Below, piece by piece: positions 49,851 through 62,450 of a DNA stretch of 64,000 bases. Source of the stretch: Eledone cirrhosa (Eukaryota); the NCBI GenBank assembly GCA_964016885.1, contig OZ024741.1:70866001-70930000 (forward strand). Reading direction: 5' to 3'. Each line of letters begins with the position of its first letter. The first letter of the stretch is position 1. The notes under the pieces are model-generated. The model was not told the DNA's origin and did no database searches. It worked only from the letters and a program-made list of their open reading frames with translations. The position numbers and the translations under genes were made by a program.

Positions 49851-51084
49851 CAAAGCTATTCCATTAAGACACAGGACCAGTTTTTACCAAACAGATGCCA
49901 ATTGTTAGTCTCTCTCTGCAGTTAAATTTCTTGTACATTTGTTAATATATTTTTTTAGTTAACTGTAAAAATCTACCAATGTCTGCACTTATCATCATCA
50001 TCATCATTTGTATGTCCATTTTTCCATGCTTACATGGGTTGGATGGGTTCTTCTCAACACAGCATTTCTCCATTCGTCATTTTCCTTCATCTCCTCTGTG
50101 AGTTTCAGCGATTTGAGGGTTGTGCAATTGCTTGATAATGGTCAAGGGTTTCTCACACTACTTTAGCTACCCCACTACCACGTGCAGCACTAATATAACT
50201 AGTGTTAACCATGTGTACACAATTAGTGAGAATCATATTTGTCATACTTTTCATGTTTTTGGCAGGGTTTTTCTGGCTGGATGCCCTTCCTCTTACCAAC
50301 CACTTTACTATGTGGACTGGGTGCATTATACGTGCCACCAGCACCAGAGAAGTTATCTTACTGGACTCAAGAGGCTTTCATAATTTCTGAGTCAATAAAA
50401 TAAATACCAGTCAAAATATAATTGATTATGTCTCTCTTATCTCTGCTCTCCTCTACCAACTTTTCCTTTGTTGTTGAATTAAAGTTCATTCAAAACATTT
50501 AAAAAAAAAAATTAATTCACATAATAAACAAGAAAGAAAAATAAGTATTAAAAATAGGGCTGGGAGGAAAGCACACCTTACACCCATAAGGGGCACACCT
50601 TACACCTTACACCCCTAACTAGGTAGTATATCTACCAAACTCTTCTCCACCATTATTGAAATAGTAAAAGACCAATTCCTTCTTTTAATTCATCATCATC
50701 ATCATCTAACATCTTTTTTCCCTCCTTGCAAGGGTTGGACATGTCATCACTGACTAGTCAATACTCAGGTGAAGCCTCTGACATCCAGGTGGGCCAGGGG
50801 ACCCAACATATGAGTGCCTTTTATTGTGGTACCAACACTAGGAAAATTGTCATGTCCTTGACACAGAGTCTACCAGACCCTTTTGTTGGTAGGTTCTCTA
50901 CAGCTGGATTACCTTTTAAAGCAGGGGTTCCTTACCTTTCTTTTGCGTCATTACCTAGTTTCACATGGAAACATTTTCTACTGCCCACCGGTATAGTAAA
51001 TATTCAAAAATATACCAAAAATGCTTGGTAAAAGTTATTCCCATTTAGCCTCCTGTTTTTTTATACAGTTTAAAATGATAATGA

Positions 51085-51450
51085 AATTATTGTGTACAGT
51101 GCTCAGGTGCACTACAACTCATCAAAGGTGCATGTATAGTACATAGAATAAGGTACAAATGTCAGGAAAGTGAACAGTATATGAGTTATGATATACATGT
51201 GTGTGTGTGTGTGTATGGAGGGGGGATATCAGGTTGGCAAATTTCAGGAAGTATGGAGGTTTTAAAGGATGCAGTGCCTCAGCAGCTAACAACTGACGCA
51301 GGTAGTTTGTTCCATGCTTCAACAACTCTGTGTGTGAAAAAATGTTTCTGAAAGTCATGAGAGCTGTGCTGTTTTCTGACTTTGTAGGCATGTCCACATG
51401 TGCTAGACACATGGAATTCAAAAAGGTGCTCACGGTTGTTGTTAGCAAGA
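51085..51450 (-). mobile_element. CR1-type LINE 3' fragment (same family as 6852-7212)
   Basis: GHAYKVRKQHSSHDFQKHFFTHRVVEAWNKLPASV, with the same 3'UTR and a very similar truncation point. Confidence 0.8.
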
Positions 51451-51983
51451 CAGTTTCTTTGCATATCTCCTTTAAATTTTTTTTTTGTGTGTATCATATG
51501 TTGAAATACCATCTTAATACTCAAAATCTTATATCATCCACCAAACTTTCCAATTGCCCACAGGTTGGGAAACCCTGGTCTAGTGTCGACAAAATTTTGC
51601 AGAAACTGTAGAGTCACCATTTTAACCAACAGAAGACTATTTATTCATAGAATTTCTACAGACCACACAGTGACAAATGACAACAATAGCATCTTTGTTA
51701 ACCATTAACACTACTATTTATGTTCCTAAAGATGTACCAAGTCCTTTTTTTTACTCTTAACATCTTGTACCACAGGAAACCACATAAGCAAGACATTCTT
51801 GAAAAGTACACAATAATTTTCATTATTATAATTATATTACCATCTTTGTAATTATATATACAGTTGGAATAAACATCTTTGTAATAATACAGTGTTGGAA
51901 TAACTATCTCAGTTTTTATTGCATTGTTCCTGTATATATCCAATGTATTTTAAGTCTGTCTAGTTACTGATATTATTTATCTA

Positions 51984-52032
<49 letters not shown>

Positions 52033-52128
52033 AAATACATGCATTTTGCCCCTGAAAAAGCTTTTTCTTGTTTTCTTTCTTTTTTTTATGCTTTCATCTA
52101 TCTTGCTATTTCTTCATTCTCTCATTCT

Positions 52129-52168
52129 ATCTTCTGATGAAGGACTAATGTCCAAAATATTAAGACTT
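52129..52168 (+). ncRNA. Decayed minimal hammerhead-ribozyme-like motif (Penelope-type)
   Basis: TCTT-CTGATGA-A-GGAC taat GTCC-AAAATATT-AAGA. Restoring two CpG sites gives the canonical CGAAACGTTA. Predicted inactive as it stands. Confidence 0.45.
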
Positions 52169-52669
52169 TTTTCATACTAACAAGCATTAAACTAACTTTT
52201 GCTTTATTAAACTGCTGTTTGAAGCTTAGCTTAAACATAAAATTATGATGAAAGGTTTATAGATAAAAATAAGCACTTAAAATATAGTTTTGTATCAGAG
52301 AATCAGGGACAGTTTCAAGTGGTTTGGTAATCAAAGGAATAAATCTGTCCAATTCTTGATATTATCCTTATATGTAATTCCTGGTTTTCCTTTTCTCTCT
52401 ACACATTCATTTTATTTTCTATTAACATTATGTGTAAACCATTTTTCTTATGAGTAATTGTCCATAATATTTTGATTTTCTCCTATTGATGTCTAATGCA
52501 ATTTTCTTACTGTTTTTTTTCTTCCATTTTTTAGTATTTCATCATTAGTTTTTTGTTGTTCTCTTCATGATATAGAGGTCTTCTAAATGTCCACATCTCA
52601 AAGATTTCTAGTCTATTTCATAGGTGTTAAGAGACTAGCTGGCATAAGTGGTTGAGTGTGTGTGTGTAT

Positions 52670-52912
52670 ATGTCTAACGTCCGAACGAGTATCCTCCACC
52701 TCCAACTATCTTACCCTCTGCCTCTTTGTCCCGGCAAACAAGATGGAGAATACATTGCCCTGGAGGATGGCAAAGGAGATGCGCTATAACAGCCACTCCA
52801 CCTCACGGGGTTCACACCTGCAGGCAGCCAACTCCGCTCTGATAGCAGTGATGTGGTCCAGGAGCCAAGAATGCCAGAAGTCTCCATTGCTACAGGCTCT
52901 ACTACAATTCTT
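52670..52912 (-). mobile_element. CRE-like (restriction-like endonuclease) non-LTR retrotransposon 3' fragment
   Basis: Minus strand VEPVAMETSGILG...EPREVEWLL*RISFAILQGNVFSIL resembles the CRE-clade C-terminal motif (P.A.ET.G...QRISxAIxRGNAxSI). Confidence 0.65.
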
Positions 52913-53494
52913 CTGTTAATATCCATGTTTATGTACTAACCATAAGATTGCTCAAAAGGTTTCTATAAGCCTACATCTAGATATGAGAAGACGTTTGTTT
53001 AATCAGCAATGATTTCAAGGATGGCCACAAAACAATAGTTGAGGAAGAGGAGATAGTTAAATTAACTAACCCCAATACATAACTGGTACACTATTCAATT
53101 GATGATTGTCATGGTAGGGTGGGGAGCAATGATGGTGAAGATCATAAAGACAGTTATGTAGAGAAAGGAAGGGGCAGAAAAGAGGAACAACAATGGTGGT
53201 GGTGGTGGGGATGGTAGTGGTGGTTGTGTTGGTGATTGCAATGGTGATGGTGAGAAAGTGATAATGATGATGATGGTGGTGGTGGTGGTGGTAGTGAAAA
53301 GGATGATGAGGATGACAATGACAGTGATGATGATACATTTTCTTTTTTTTCCCAATAAGTTACTGAAAATAATAAAAAACAGTTTATTGATTGTTTTGTC
53401 AATTTCCACATGAGAAAACAAGAGTTGTTTTAGTTGAGTGACCCCAGCTAGTGCCAATTACTTAACCATTATGGTTGACTGAACAATCAACATC

Positions 53495-54110
53495 AGTGTG
53501 TATGTGTGTACATGAGGGTGAGTGTGCAATGTGTGATGTATGTGAGTGTATAGTGTGATGTCTGTGATGCATGTTGAGTGTAGTTGGTGTGTCAGTGTAG
53601 TGTGTATGAGCGTATTTGCAGTGTGTGCAAATGTATTGTTATGTGTGTTGTGTGTGTTGTATATGATGTGTGTGAATGCATATGTGTAATATGTGTGTGT
53701 TTGATATGTGCACTTTTGTGTGTGAGTGTATGCATGCAGTGTGTAATCAATGTGTTATGTTTGATGTGTATATGTGTGCAGTGTGTGTGAGTGTATGTGT
53801 ATATATTATTCAAAAGATGGCCATCATTCAATTTGATGCGCAACCACAAGCATAGAAAATGTGTGAGTGTGTGCATGTAGGTTTGAGAGAGAGAATAGGT
53901 ACACTATATCTTTGTGTGTATCCAGTTTAGAATAGGTTCACCACATCCCTGTGTGTATCCAGTTTACAATAGGTACACCATGTCTCTGTGAGTATCCAGT
54001 TTACAACAGGTAAACTGTGTTTGTGTGTGTATCCACTTAAGAATATGTACACTGTATCTGTGTGAATCCACATATCCCAATGTATTTGGTTTAGAATACG
54101 TACACAGCAT
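53495..54110. repeat. Degenerate (TG)n region followed by ~33-bp minisatellite (GTGTGTATCCAGTTTAGAATAGGTACAC)
   Basis: Directly visible. Confidence 0.8.
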
Positions 54111-54639
54111 TCCTACATGTAAGACTGGACAAAAAAGTCAGAGCATCAATCTGTAAAACATTGCCTCAAAAAGGACCCCTTCGTAGATATAAAATCTATC
54201 ATGGGGTCCAACAAAGTAACTCCTGCTTTAGCAGTGAAAATGGCCTTTAAAACACTTGTTGTATGTGTACACACACAGAAATACACACCACCACCAAATG
54301 TATGTGGACACCATACCAAAGGGATAAGAAATAAGTCAGTCTTTCCATTGCTGATACTATCTTTCAGTTGCAACTCCTGGCTGAAAGAAGTGAGATTTAC
54401 ACTCAGAAGGTACAAACTCAGATCAGGTACCACAAAGCACCCTGTTTAACTCTTTAACAATTCAGCCAATCCACTACCCCTGGAACAGTACCTTATTTGT
54501 TGAAAATGAAAGGATAAAAGACAAAATTGACCTTGGCAGAATTTGAACTGAAAGCCCAGTAAGCCAGAACAAATGCAGAAGTATTTAATTCGATGCCCTA
54601 ACAACTCTGACACACATATACATTTTTTTTTTTACTTCG

Positions 54640-54940
54640 TCAGTTACGACAAGTGTTCCAGTTGATCCAATCAATAGAACAGCCTGCTCATGAAATTAAT
54701 GTACAAGTGGCTGAGCATTTCACAGACATGTATACCTTTAACGTAGTTCTCAAGGAGATACAATGTGACAAGGCTGGCCCTTCGAGCTACAGGCATAACT
54801 CATTTTGGCCAGCTGAGTAAACTGGAGTAACGTGAAATAAAGTGTTTTATTACTGAAGGACACAATGCATCACCTGATCCAAGAATCAAACTCACAACCT
54901 TACGATTGCAAGCCAATGTTCTAACCACTAAGCCATTGCT
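54640..54940 (-). mobile_element. tRNA-derived SINE, family 3
   Basis: Minus-strand head TGGCTTAGTGGTTAGAACATTGGCTTGCAATCG. The body is shared with the copy at ~9380-9600. Confidence 0.7.
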
Positions 54941-55149
54941 TTCACACAACCAAATACACAACCAAAACCAAAATATTGAGAATAGAACAAAAAATATCTT
55001 TCAGCTGGTCTTTGAAATATCTTTTTAATAATATTTTTTTGTCTATTATTGTGATTGTGGTATGTTTTTATTGTTTTTGTTCCTGTTGATAATTTTTTTT
55101 TTGTTTTTAGTTTGTTTTTGGCAAGTTCTAAAATTTGGAACACCTGCTG

Positions 55150-55690
55150 GATGGTGGAGGAGAGGGTGAAGGTGAATTGATGAGTTGTAGGGTGAAGGGA
55201 TGAGGGTGTGGTGATAGGTGTGATGATAGGTACTGTAGGGGGGGGGTGATGGGAGGTGTGTATGGTGAAGAATTGAAGTTAGAGGTGTGGCTGGGGTGAT
55301 AAGGTGATGGGAGGTGTGTATGACTGGGGTGATGAGCTGATGGGTGGTGTGTGTGGTTGGGGCGATGAGCTGATGGGTTGTGGGTGTGGGTGGGCTGATT
55401 GAGCTGATGGGTTGTGGGTGTAGTTGGGGAGATGAGGTGATGGGAGGTAGGCGTGGCTGGGGTGATGAAGTGATAGGAGGTGATGAGGCGAGGTGGTGAA
55501 TGTAGTATGGAGGAGTGGGGATAAACTGTTGAAAAACATCAAGGTGATAAATGATTTAAAGAAATTTTGCATCACTCCACCCCATCCCTGAGTCAATTAA
55601 AAAAATGAGAGGGGGGACAACTACAATAATATAGAAAGAAGAGAAGAAAAACACAATGAAACAAAAGATGACAATAAGCTGAAGTTGACA

Positions 55691-55748
<58 letters not shown>

Positions 55749-56190
55749 CATGCACAAACATTTTGTACTCATTAACATGCTCACATCGAAACACACACAG
55801 CAGCAAAATTAATATTCTGTAGTGTTTTTCTACATCTAAATAACAAATTCTGAGATGATTATTCATCATCATCATCAGCATCATCTCCACTGTTGATATC
55901 ATCATCATCATCATCATCATCATCATCTCTACCATTGACATCATCATCATTATTGTCAGCTTTGTCCATGGCCACGAGTATCAGCATCAACATCATCACC
56001 ACCACTGTTATCACATTACAACCACCATTGTTATCATCATCCTTATCATCACCATCATCATCATCATCTTTGTCATCTTCATCCATGCCATCATTATCAG
56101 CATTAGCATCACGACCACCACCACCACTACCATTATCAGCATTCTACCATCACCATCATCCTCAATATCATCACCACCAGCACAATCATC
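55150..56190. repeat. G-rich degenerate minisatellite, (CA)n and (CAT)n tracts
   Basis: Directly visible. Confidence 0.8.
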
Positions 56191-57818
56191 ATTTGAGCAG
56201 CACTAGCCAACAATGGAATCTCAATGTGGTTACATGATCTGCTTGAAATTGCAGCCAAACCTTCCTCAAATTACACTCCACCATCTTAAAAAGTGGACCT
56301 GTTTTTTTAGTCTCAATGGAAGGAAGAGAAAACATTATACTCAGATCAGAGATGAAGTCCAAATACTGTCAACAGAGTCACCCATGGCCAGTTGATATTG
56401 TTAAGCCATGTTTTAGTCTAATACCTTTGTACTGTTTGTTAATGATACCCAAGGACTAGGTGGTATTAGTTAACTCTTAACATCCTGTACCACATGGTTT
56501 CATGTGGTAAGACAATCTAGGAAAGTACAAACAACACTATAACTTCATCACATTAAAAATTAAAGTCTACTGCAAATTTTACAACAATATGTCAACCAGT
56601 AAAGATACCATAAACATCTGAATTAAAAAATATTTTTAGATATTTTTTGCTTAGGGCAAGTAATTAACCCTTTTTCTTGTCATACATCCTTTGAAATATA
56701 CTGTGAATTTGTTTTAATATACTTTGAAAATAATAAAAATAAAAATAATTAGAGGAGTTTAGTAATATAACTAACTTTCTCATTACGAATATAACTTAAA
56801 AAGGATCTTACATATAATTATGATGGAAGGTTTTTAGTTAAATATAAATATTTCAAAATAAACAGCTTTATATCATAGAACCAGGGGGTGGTTTTAGGCA
56901 GTTTTGTATCAAACTTTCTATCATAATTTCATTCAAGTTATGAACTAAACACCAACTTAATACATCAGTAAAGAAAGTTAATTTTTCTACATCCCTCCAA
57001 ATTCTTAATTATTTTCAAAATTAATTGAAATATAGAGATTACCATTACCACTACCACCACCACTTTATAAGGGATGGTGTGTGCCAAAAGACAAGAGTGA
57101 GAGAAAAAGAAACAGTAAAAGAAAGAGAGAGAAGAGAGAGGTGAAATAGCTAGCAAGAAAGGCAAGTGAGAAGAAAGAGAGACAGGAAAAGAGAGAGTGT
57201 TTATTAGCTAGTAAGTAGCTTAACAAGAAGAAAAAAAAACACAGTGCCAGAAAGACTAAACAGAGGCTTGGCCCCTTACCCTGTAGAAATTAGAGGAGAT
57301 GTTAGTGGGTAGGGTGGGGGTTCAACAGCAGTCTTACATAATAATGTCAACATAACCAGTAATTTATAAAGAACACAAGAGAGCAACTTAGAAGCAATTT
57401 TGTTAGTAGCAGACAACCTGCTTAATATCACAACTTACACTGTAATAACATCAGCTCACACAACCAGACTCTCCTCCATGTTTAACTATCATACTAATCA
57501 ACAGAGCACAGATTAGCTTGGCATTTTGTTGAGGGGTTTCATGGGGTTGGGGGGGGGGGGGGGGTACTGGCCTTTCTTGTTTGTTTTTTTGTTGTAACCA
57601 TTTTTTCAGCTAAACTAAAAAACATGCGCTTACATTCACATACCCAAACAGACATATATATGTACACATGCATTTACATACACATAATATATATATCTCT
57701 TACTCTTTTACCTGTTCCAACCATGCCCGAAACGTCCCCCCCCCCCCACACTCTCAAGAGCGTGAACCTAATAAACCTTTATTTGTCTGCCTCTCTGTTT
57801 TTGTTTCCGTCCAAGTTT

Positions 57819-57866
<48 letters not shown>

Positions 57867-57869
<3 letters not shown>

Positions 57870-59471
57870 ACCGGGTGAAACTAGATGAGATGCAATTTGG
57901 GTTTGTGCCAGGAAGAGGCACCACTGATGCCCTCTTCCTTGTGAGGCAGTTACGGGAAAAGTACCTTGCTAAAAGTAAGCCTGGTTCTACCTGGCATTTG
58001 TCAATCTCGAGAAAGCCTTTGACAGTTCCCTGTACTAAAATCTGGTGGGCTCTTAGAAAACTAGGAGTAGATGAATGGCTTGTGAAAGCTGTACAAGCCA
58101 TGTATAGAGGTGCAGTCAGCAAAGTTAGGATTAGCAATGAGTATAGCGAGGAATTTAGCGTACAGGTCGGTGTCCACCAGGGCTCTGTTCTTAGCCCTCT
58201 CCTGTTCATCATAGTCCTGCAGGCAATAACGGAAGAGTTTAAGACCGGATGCCCATGGGAACTCGTGTATGCAGATGACCTTGCACTTATAGCTGAATCT
58301 ATGGTAGAACTAGAGAAGAAATTCCAAACTTGGAAGCAGGGACTAGAAAGAAAGGGTCTCAAAGTCAACCTGACAAAGACATAGGTCCTTGTAAGTAGAC
58401 GAGAAAACAGAACCCAGATCCCCTCAGGGAAATGGCCTTGCTCAGTATGTAGGAAAGGTATAGGTAGGAACTCTATTCTCTGCCCCAAATAAAAACAATG
58501 GGTACACAAGAGATGTAGCAGGATCTCAGGAAGCTTAACTAAGAATGTAGGCTTCACATGTAGCAGCTGTGCTGGGACAGCAAGCAGCAAATAGCCACAG
58601 GAAACAAGTACCACCAATCTCTGGGAGGGTTCTGTAGAAACAGTAGACAGCTTCCTAGATGACTGAATTAGCAGCAGAGGTGGGTGTTCGGAAAGTACAA
58701 TAACTAGGGTAAGAACGGGATGGAAGAAATTCAGGGAGCTACTGCCACTGCTAGCTGCAAAAGGCTTTCCCCTCAAAATGAAAGGCAGACTGTATGATGC
58801 GTGTATATGAACAGCAATGTTACATGAGACCTGGGCGCTGTCTGTGGAAGACTTGCGTAGATTAGAAAGAAATGAAGCCTGCATGCTCTGATGGATGTGT
58901 AATAGTAATATACATGAACGGCAAAGCGTAAATGAATTGAGAGACTGAGCATAAGAGGAAGCAAATACTATGTGCAGGAGAGGCGGTTGCATTGGTATGG
59001 ACATGTGATGCGTATGAAGGATGACAGCTGCATAAAAAGGTGCAGAGCAGTAGAAGTCGATGGAAACTGCGGAGTGGGGAGACCCATGAAGACCTGGGAT
59101 GAGGTGATAAAAGCCAACCTTACCCAATTACACCTCTCAAACGCGATGACACACGACCATGACCTCTGGCGTCATGCAGTAATACAGAAGACCCGACCCC
59201 CCACGGGTACAAGCCGAAGCTGAAGCATATAGACAATGTGCTCCCACACCCTCCCACTGCAAAGTGGTCGTGGAGGTGCCACGGAAAAAAAGCACCCAGC
59301 ACTCACTGTAAATGAGGTTGGTGTTAGAACGGGCATCCAGCTGTAATCAAGCCAGAATCAGTTCCTGTATGAGCAAGACAAGGTTAGCCAACCGGCTACT
59401 GCCCACAACAGGACAACCCATCTAACCCATGCTAGCATGGAAGAACGAACGTAAATCGGTGATGATGATGA
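57867..59471 (+). mobile_element. RTE-clade LINE, 5'-truncated, with PHD-like insert and SINE-like 3' region
   Basis: QFGFVPGRGTTDA, GVHQGSVLSPLLF, YADD, Cys-rich insert, RLHWYGHV, GRPMKTW and a (GAT)n tail. Multiple stops and frameshifts. Confidence 0.9.
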
Positions 59472-59645
59472 AGATATACGTATATATATATATATACACA
59501 CAAATATATAAGTATCATCATCATCATCATCTTCGTTTAACGTCCATTTTCCATGCTAACATGGGATATATATATGTATAAGTATATCTTTATACACACA
59601 CAAATATATAAGTATATATATATATATACACACAAATATATAAGT

Positions 59646-61306
59646 ATCATCATCATCATCATCACTGTTTTACGTCCGTTCTTCCACGCTAGCATGGGTT
59701 AGACAGGTTGTCCTACTGTGGGCAGTGTCCAGTCGGCTGACCATGCCTTGCTCATATGGGAACTGATTCTGGCTTATTTTCTACAGCAACCTCATTTACA
59801 GTGAGTGCTGGGTGCTTTTTTCCGTGGCGCCTACACGTCCACTTTACTGTGTGGGCTGGGTGCTCTTTTGCCGTGGCACCTCCACGACCACTTTGCAGCG
59901 GGAGGGTGTGGGAGCATATTGTCTATATGCTTCAACTTCGGCTTGTACACATGGGGGGTCGGGTCTTCTGTATTACTGCGTGACGCCAGAGGTCACGGTC
60001 GTGTGTTATCGCCTTTGAGAGGTGTAATTGGGTAAGGTTGGCTTTTATCATCTCATCCCAGGTCTTCTTGGGTCTCCCCACTCCACGGTTTCCATCGACT
60101 TCTAGTGCTCTGCACCTTTTTATGCAGCTGTCATCCTTCATACGCATCACATATCCATACCAACGCAACCGCCTCTCCTGCTCACATCATTTGATTCCGT
60201 TCGCGTATATTACCATTACACATCCATCGGAGCATGCAGGCTCCGTTTCTTTCTAATCTACGCAAGTCTTCTACAGACAATGCCCAGGCCTCACTACCAT
60301 GTAACATTGCTGTTCGTATACATGCATCATACAGTCTGCCTTTCATTTTGAGGGAAAAGCCTTTTGCTGCTAGCAGTGGCAATACCTCTCTGAACTTCTT
60401 CCATCTCGTTCTTACCCTAGTTATTGTACTTTCCGAACAACCACCTCCACTGCTAATTCAGTCACCTAGGTAGCAGAAGCTGTCTACCATTTCTACAGCC
60501 CTCCCAGAGTTTGGTGATGCTTGTTTCCTGTGGCTGTTTGCTGCTTGCTGTCCCAGCACAGCTGCTACATGTGAAGCCTACATTCTTAGTTAAGCTTCCT
60601 AAGATCCCACTACATCTCTTGTGTACCCATTGTTTGCATTTGGGGCAGAGAATAGAGTTCCTACCTACACCTTTGCTACATACTGAGTACGGCCATTTCC
60701 CTGAGGGGATCTGGGTTCTGTTTTCTCGTCTACTTACAAGGACCTTAGTCTTTGTCAGGTTGATTTTGAGACCCTTTCTTTCTAGTCCCTGCTTCCCTGT
60801 TTGGAATTTTTTCTCTAGTTCTACCATAGATTCAGCTATAAGTGCAAGGTCATCTGCATACAGGAGTTCCCATGGGCATCCGGTCTTAAACTCCTCCGTT
60901 ATTGCCTGCAAAACTATGATGAACAGGAGAGGGCTAAGAACAGATCCCTGGTGGACACCGACCTGTATGCTAAATTCCTCACTATAGTCATTGCTAATCC
61001 TAACTTTGCTGACTGCACCTCTATACATGGCTTGTACAGCTTTCACAAACCATTAATCTACTCCTAGTTTTCTAAGAGCCCACCAGATTATAGCACAGGA
61101 GGGGGGGGGGGGTCTGTCACAGACTTTCTCGAGATCGATGAATGCCAGGTAGAGCGGCTTACTTTTAGCTAGGTACTTTTCCTGTAACTGCCTCACAAGG
61201 AAGAGGGCATCAGTGGTGCCTTTTCCTGGCACAAACCCAAATTGCATCTCATCTAGTTTCACCTGGTCCGTAATCAACTTTGTTATAACTCTTTCTGTTA
61301 CTTTCA
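59646..61306 (-). mobile_element. RTE-clade LINE, 5'-truncated, inverted partner of 57867-59471
   Basis: Same motifs on the minus strand (ORFs 61053-61319, 60462-61046, 60182-60382, 59932-60168), with a (GAT)n tail. Confidence 0.9.
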
Positions 61307-61920
61307 TATACATATACACATGTTAGATAGCACCCCCATCACTGACAGATGTTGGATAACACCACCCACACATGTTGAAAACCAACATCTACATGTTGGT
61401 GTTGGTGTTCAACATGTGTAGGTGTTGGTATTGTTAACTAACATGTTGGTGTTCAACATGTGTTGGTGTTGTTGTTGTTGCTATCCAACATGTGTTGGTG
61501 TCAGTGTTTAACATGGACAGACATGGAAAGACAATGGTATATGATTTCGACAGAAGATATTGCTGAGAAGGAGGAAATGAAAAGAAAGAAAGAAAACAAT
61601 GAATAGAAAGCAGGGACAGGTGGAGATTAATAAAGCAAATATAAGGATTAGAAAGATAAAGGAAAGTGAAAAGATTATAGAGTTAGAGAGGAGAGGGAGG
61701 TAGATAGGAGAGAGAGAGGAGAGAAAGAAAATAGGAAAGAGAGACAAAGTCTAAATTAGTGAGTTTCTATTGGATTAACTATTGACACAGAGATTTAACA
61801 TTTAAGCTACTCATCGTATTTATGACAAGATATCAAGAAAGCATACATACATTACATACATACTTATATACATGCATACATACATACATAACATATATAC
61901 ATGCATATATACATACATAC

Positions 61921-62450
61921 ATGATGATGGCTGCCCCCTCGTTATCGAGTATGGCCATTGCACGATATACCATTATTAATAATTATTAATTAATTCTATT
62001 GTGCAATGCCTGTGAGTGAAGATATCTTTTAAAGTGAGGAAAGACTGTGCACTGAGCCAATCCCACTCTCTGAGCGACAGTAGCTATAACCCGAAAAGAA
62101 GAAAAGATCAACATCATCGGTAACTACTGAGCCGTAGGTTTTATATCGGAGTTTTCTGAGTTTTCTGAGTTGCCTTCTCCTAGAAGAATGCCCTGACAAA
62201 AGCTAGGGGTCCTTCATTCCCAGTGGTTTAACCACGCGGTACGTGTGTATATACATATTTACACACTTTTTGATGGCCGTTGACTCTATTGAGTTCTTCC
62301 GCCCTTTGTCAGGTTTTGTCTCGCAGGGTGTCCAAAATCACCCTCCTCACCAAGTAAACTTGGTGGGGTTGCCAGTTTAGTTGCAGACGACCCAACCATG
62401 CAACAGGTTGTACTGGGTTACATGTTACCAGTAGTACTCAAGAGTGACCC
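61921..62450 (-). mobile_element. Non-autonomous retroposon probably derived from RTE 5'UTR + 3' end
   Basis: Homologous in reverse to 13975-14215. Contains CTAGGAGAAGG..AACTC, a motif typical of RTE 5' regions, and ends in a CAT repeat. No ORF. Confidence 0.5.

Noticed and set aside
50922-51578. hAT-like element with CAGGGGTTCC / GGGAAACCCTG ends enclosing the CR1 fragment
   Set aside because: The TIRs are imperfect and the flanking 8-mers do not match, so it is left uncalled.
57754-59127. 457-aa minus-strand ORF
   Set aside because: Antisense shadow of the RTE RT region running into (TA)n. The sense strand carries the recognisable motifs.
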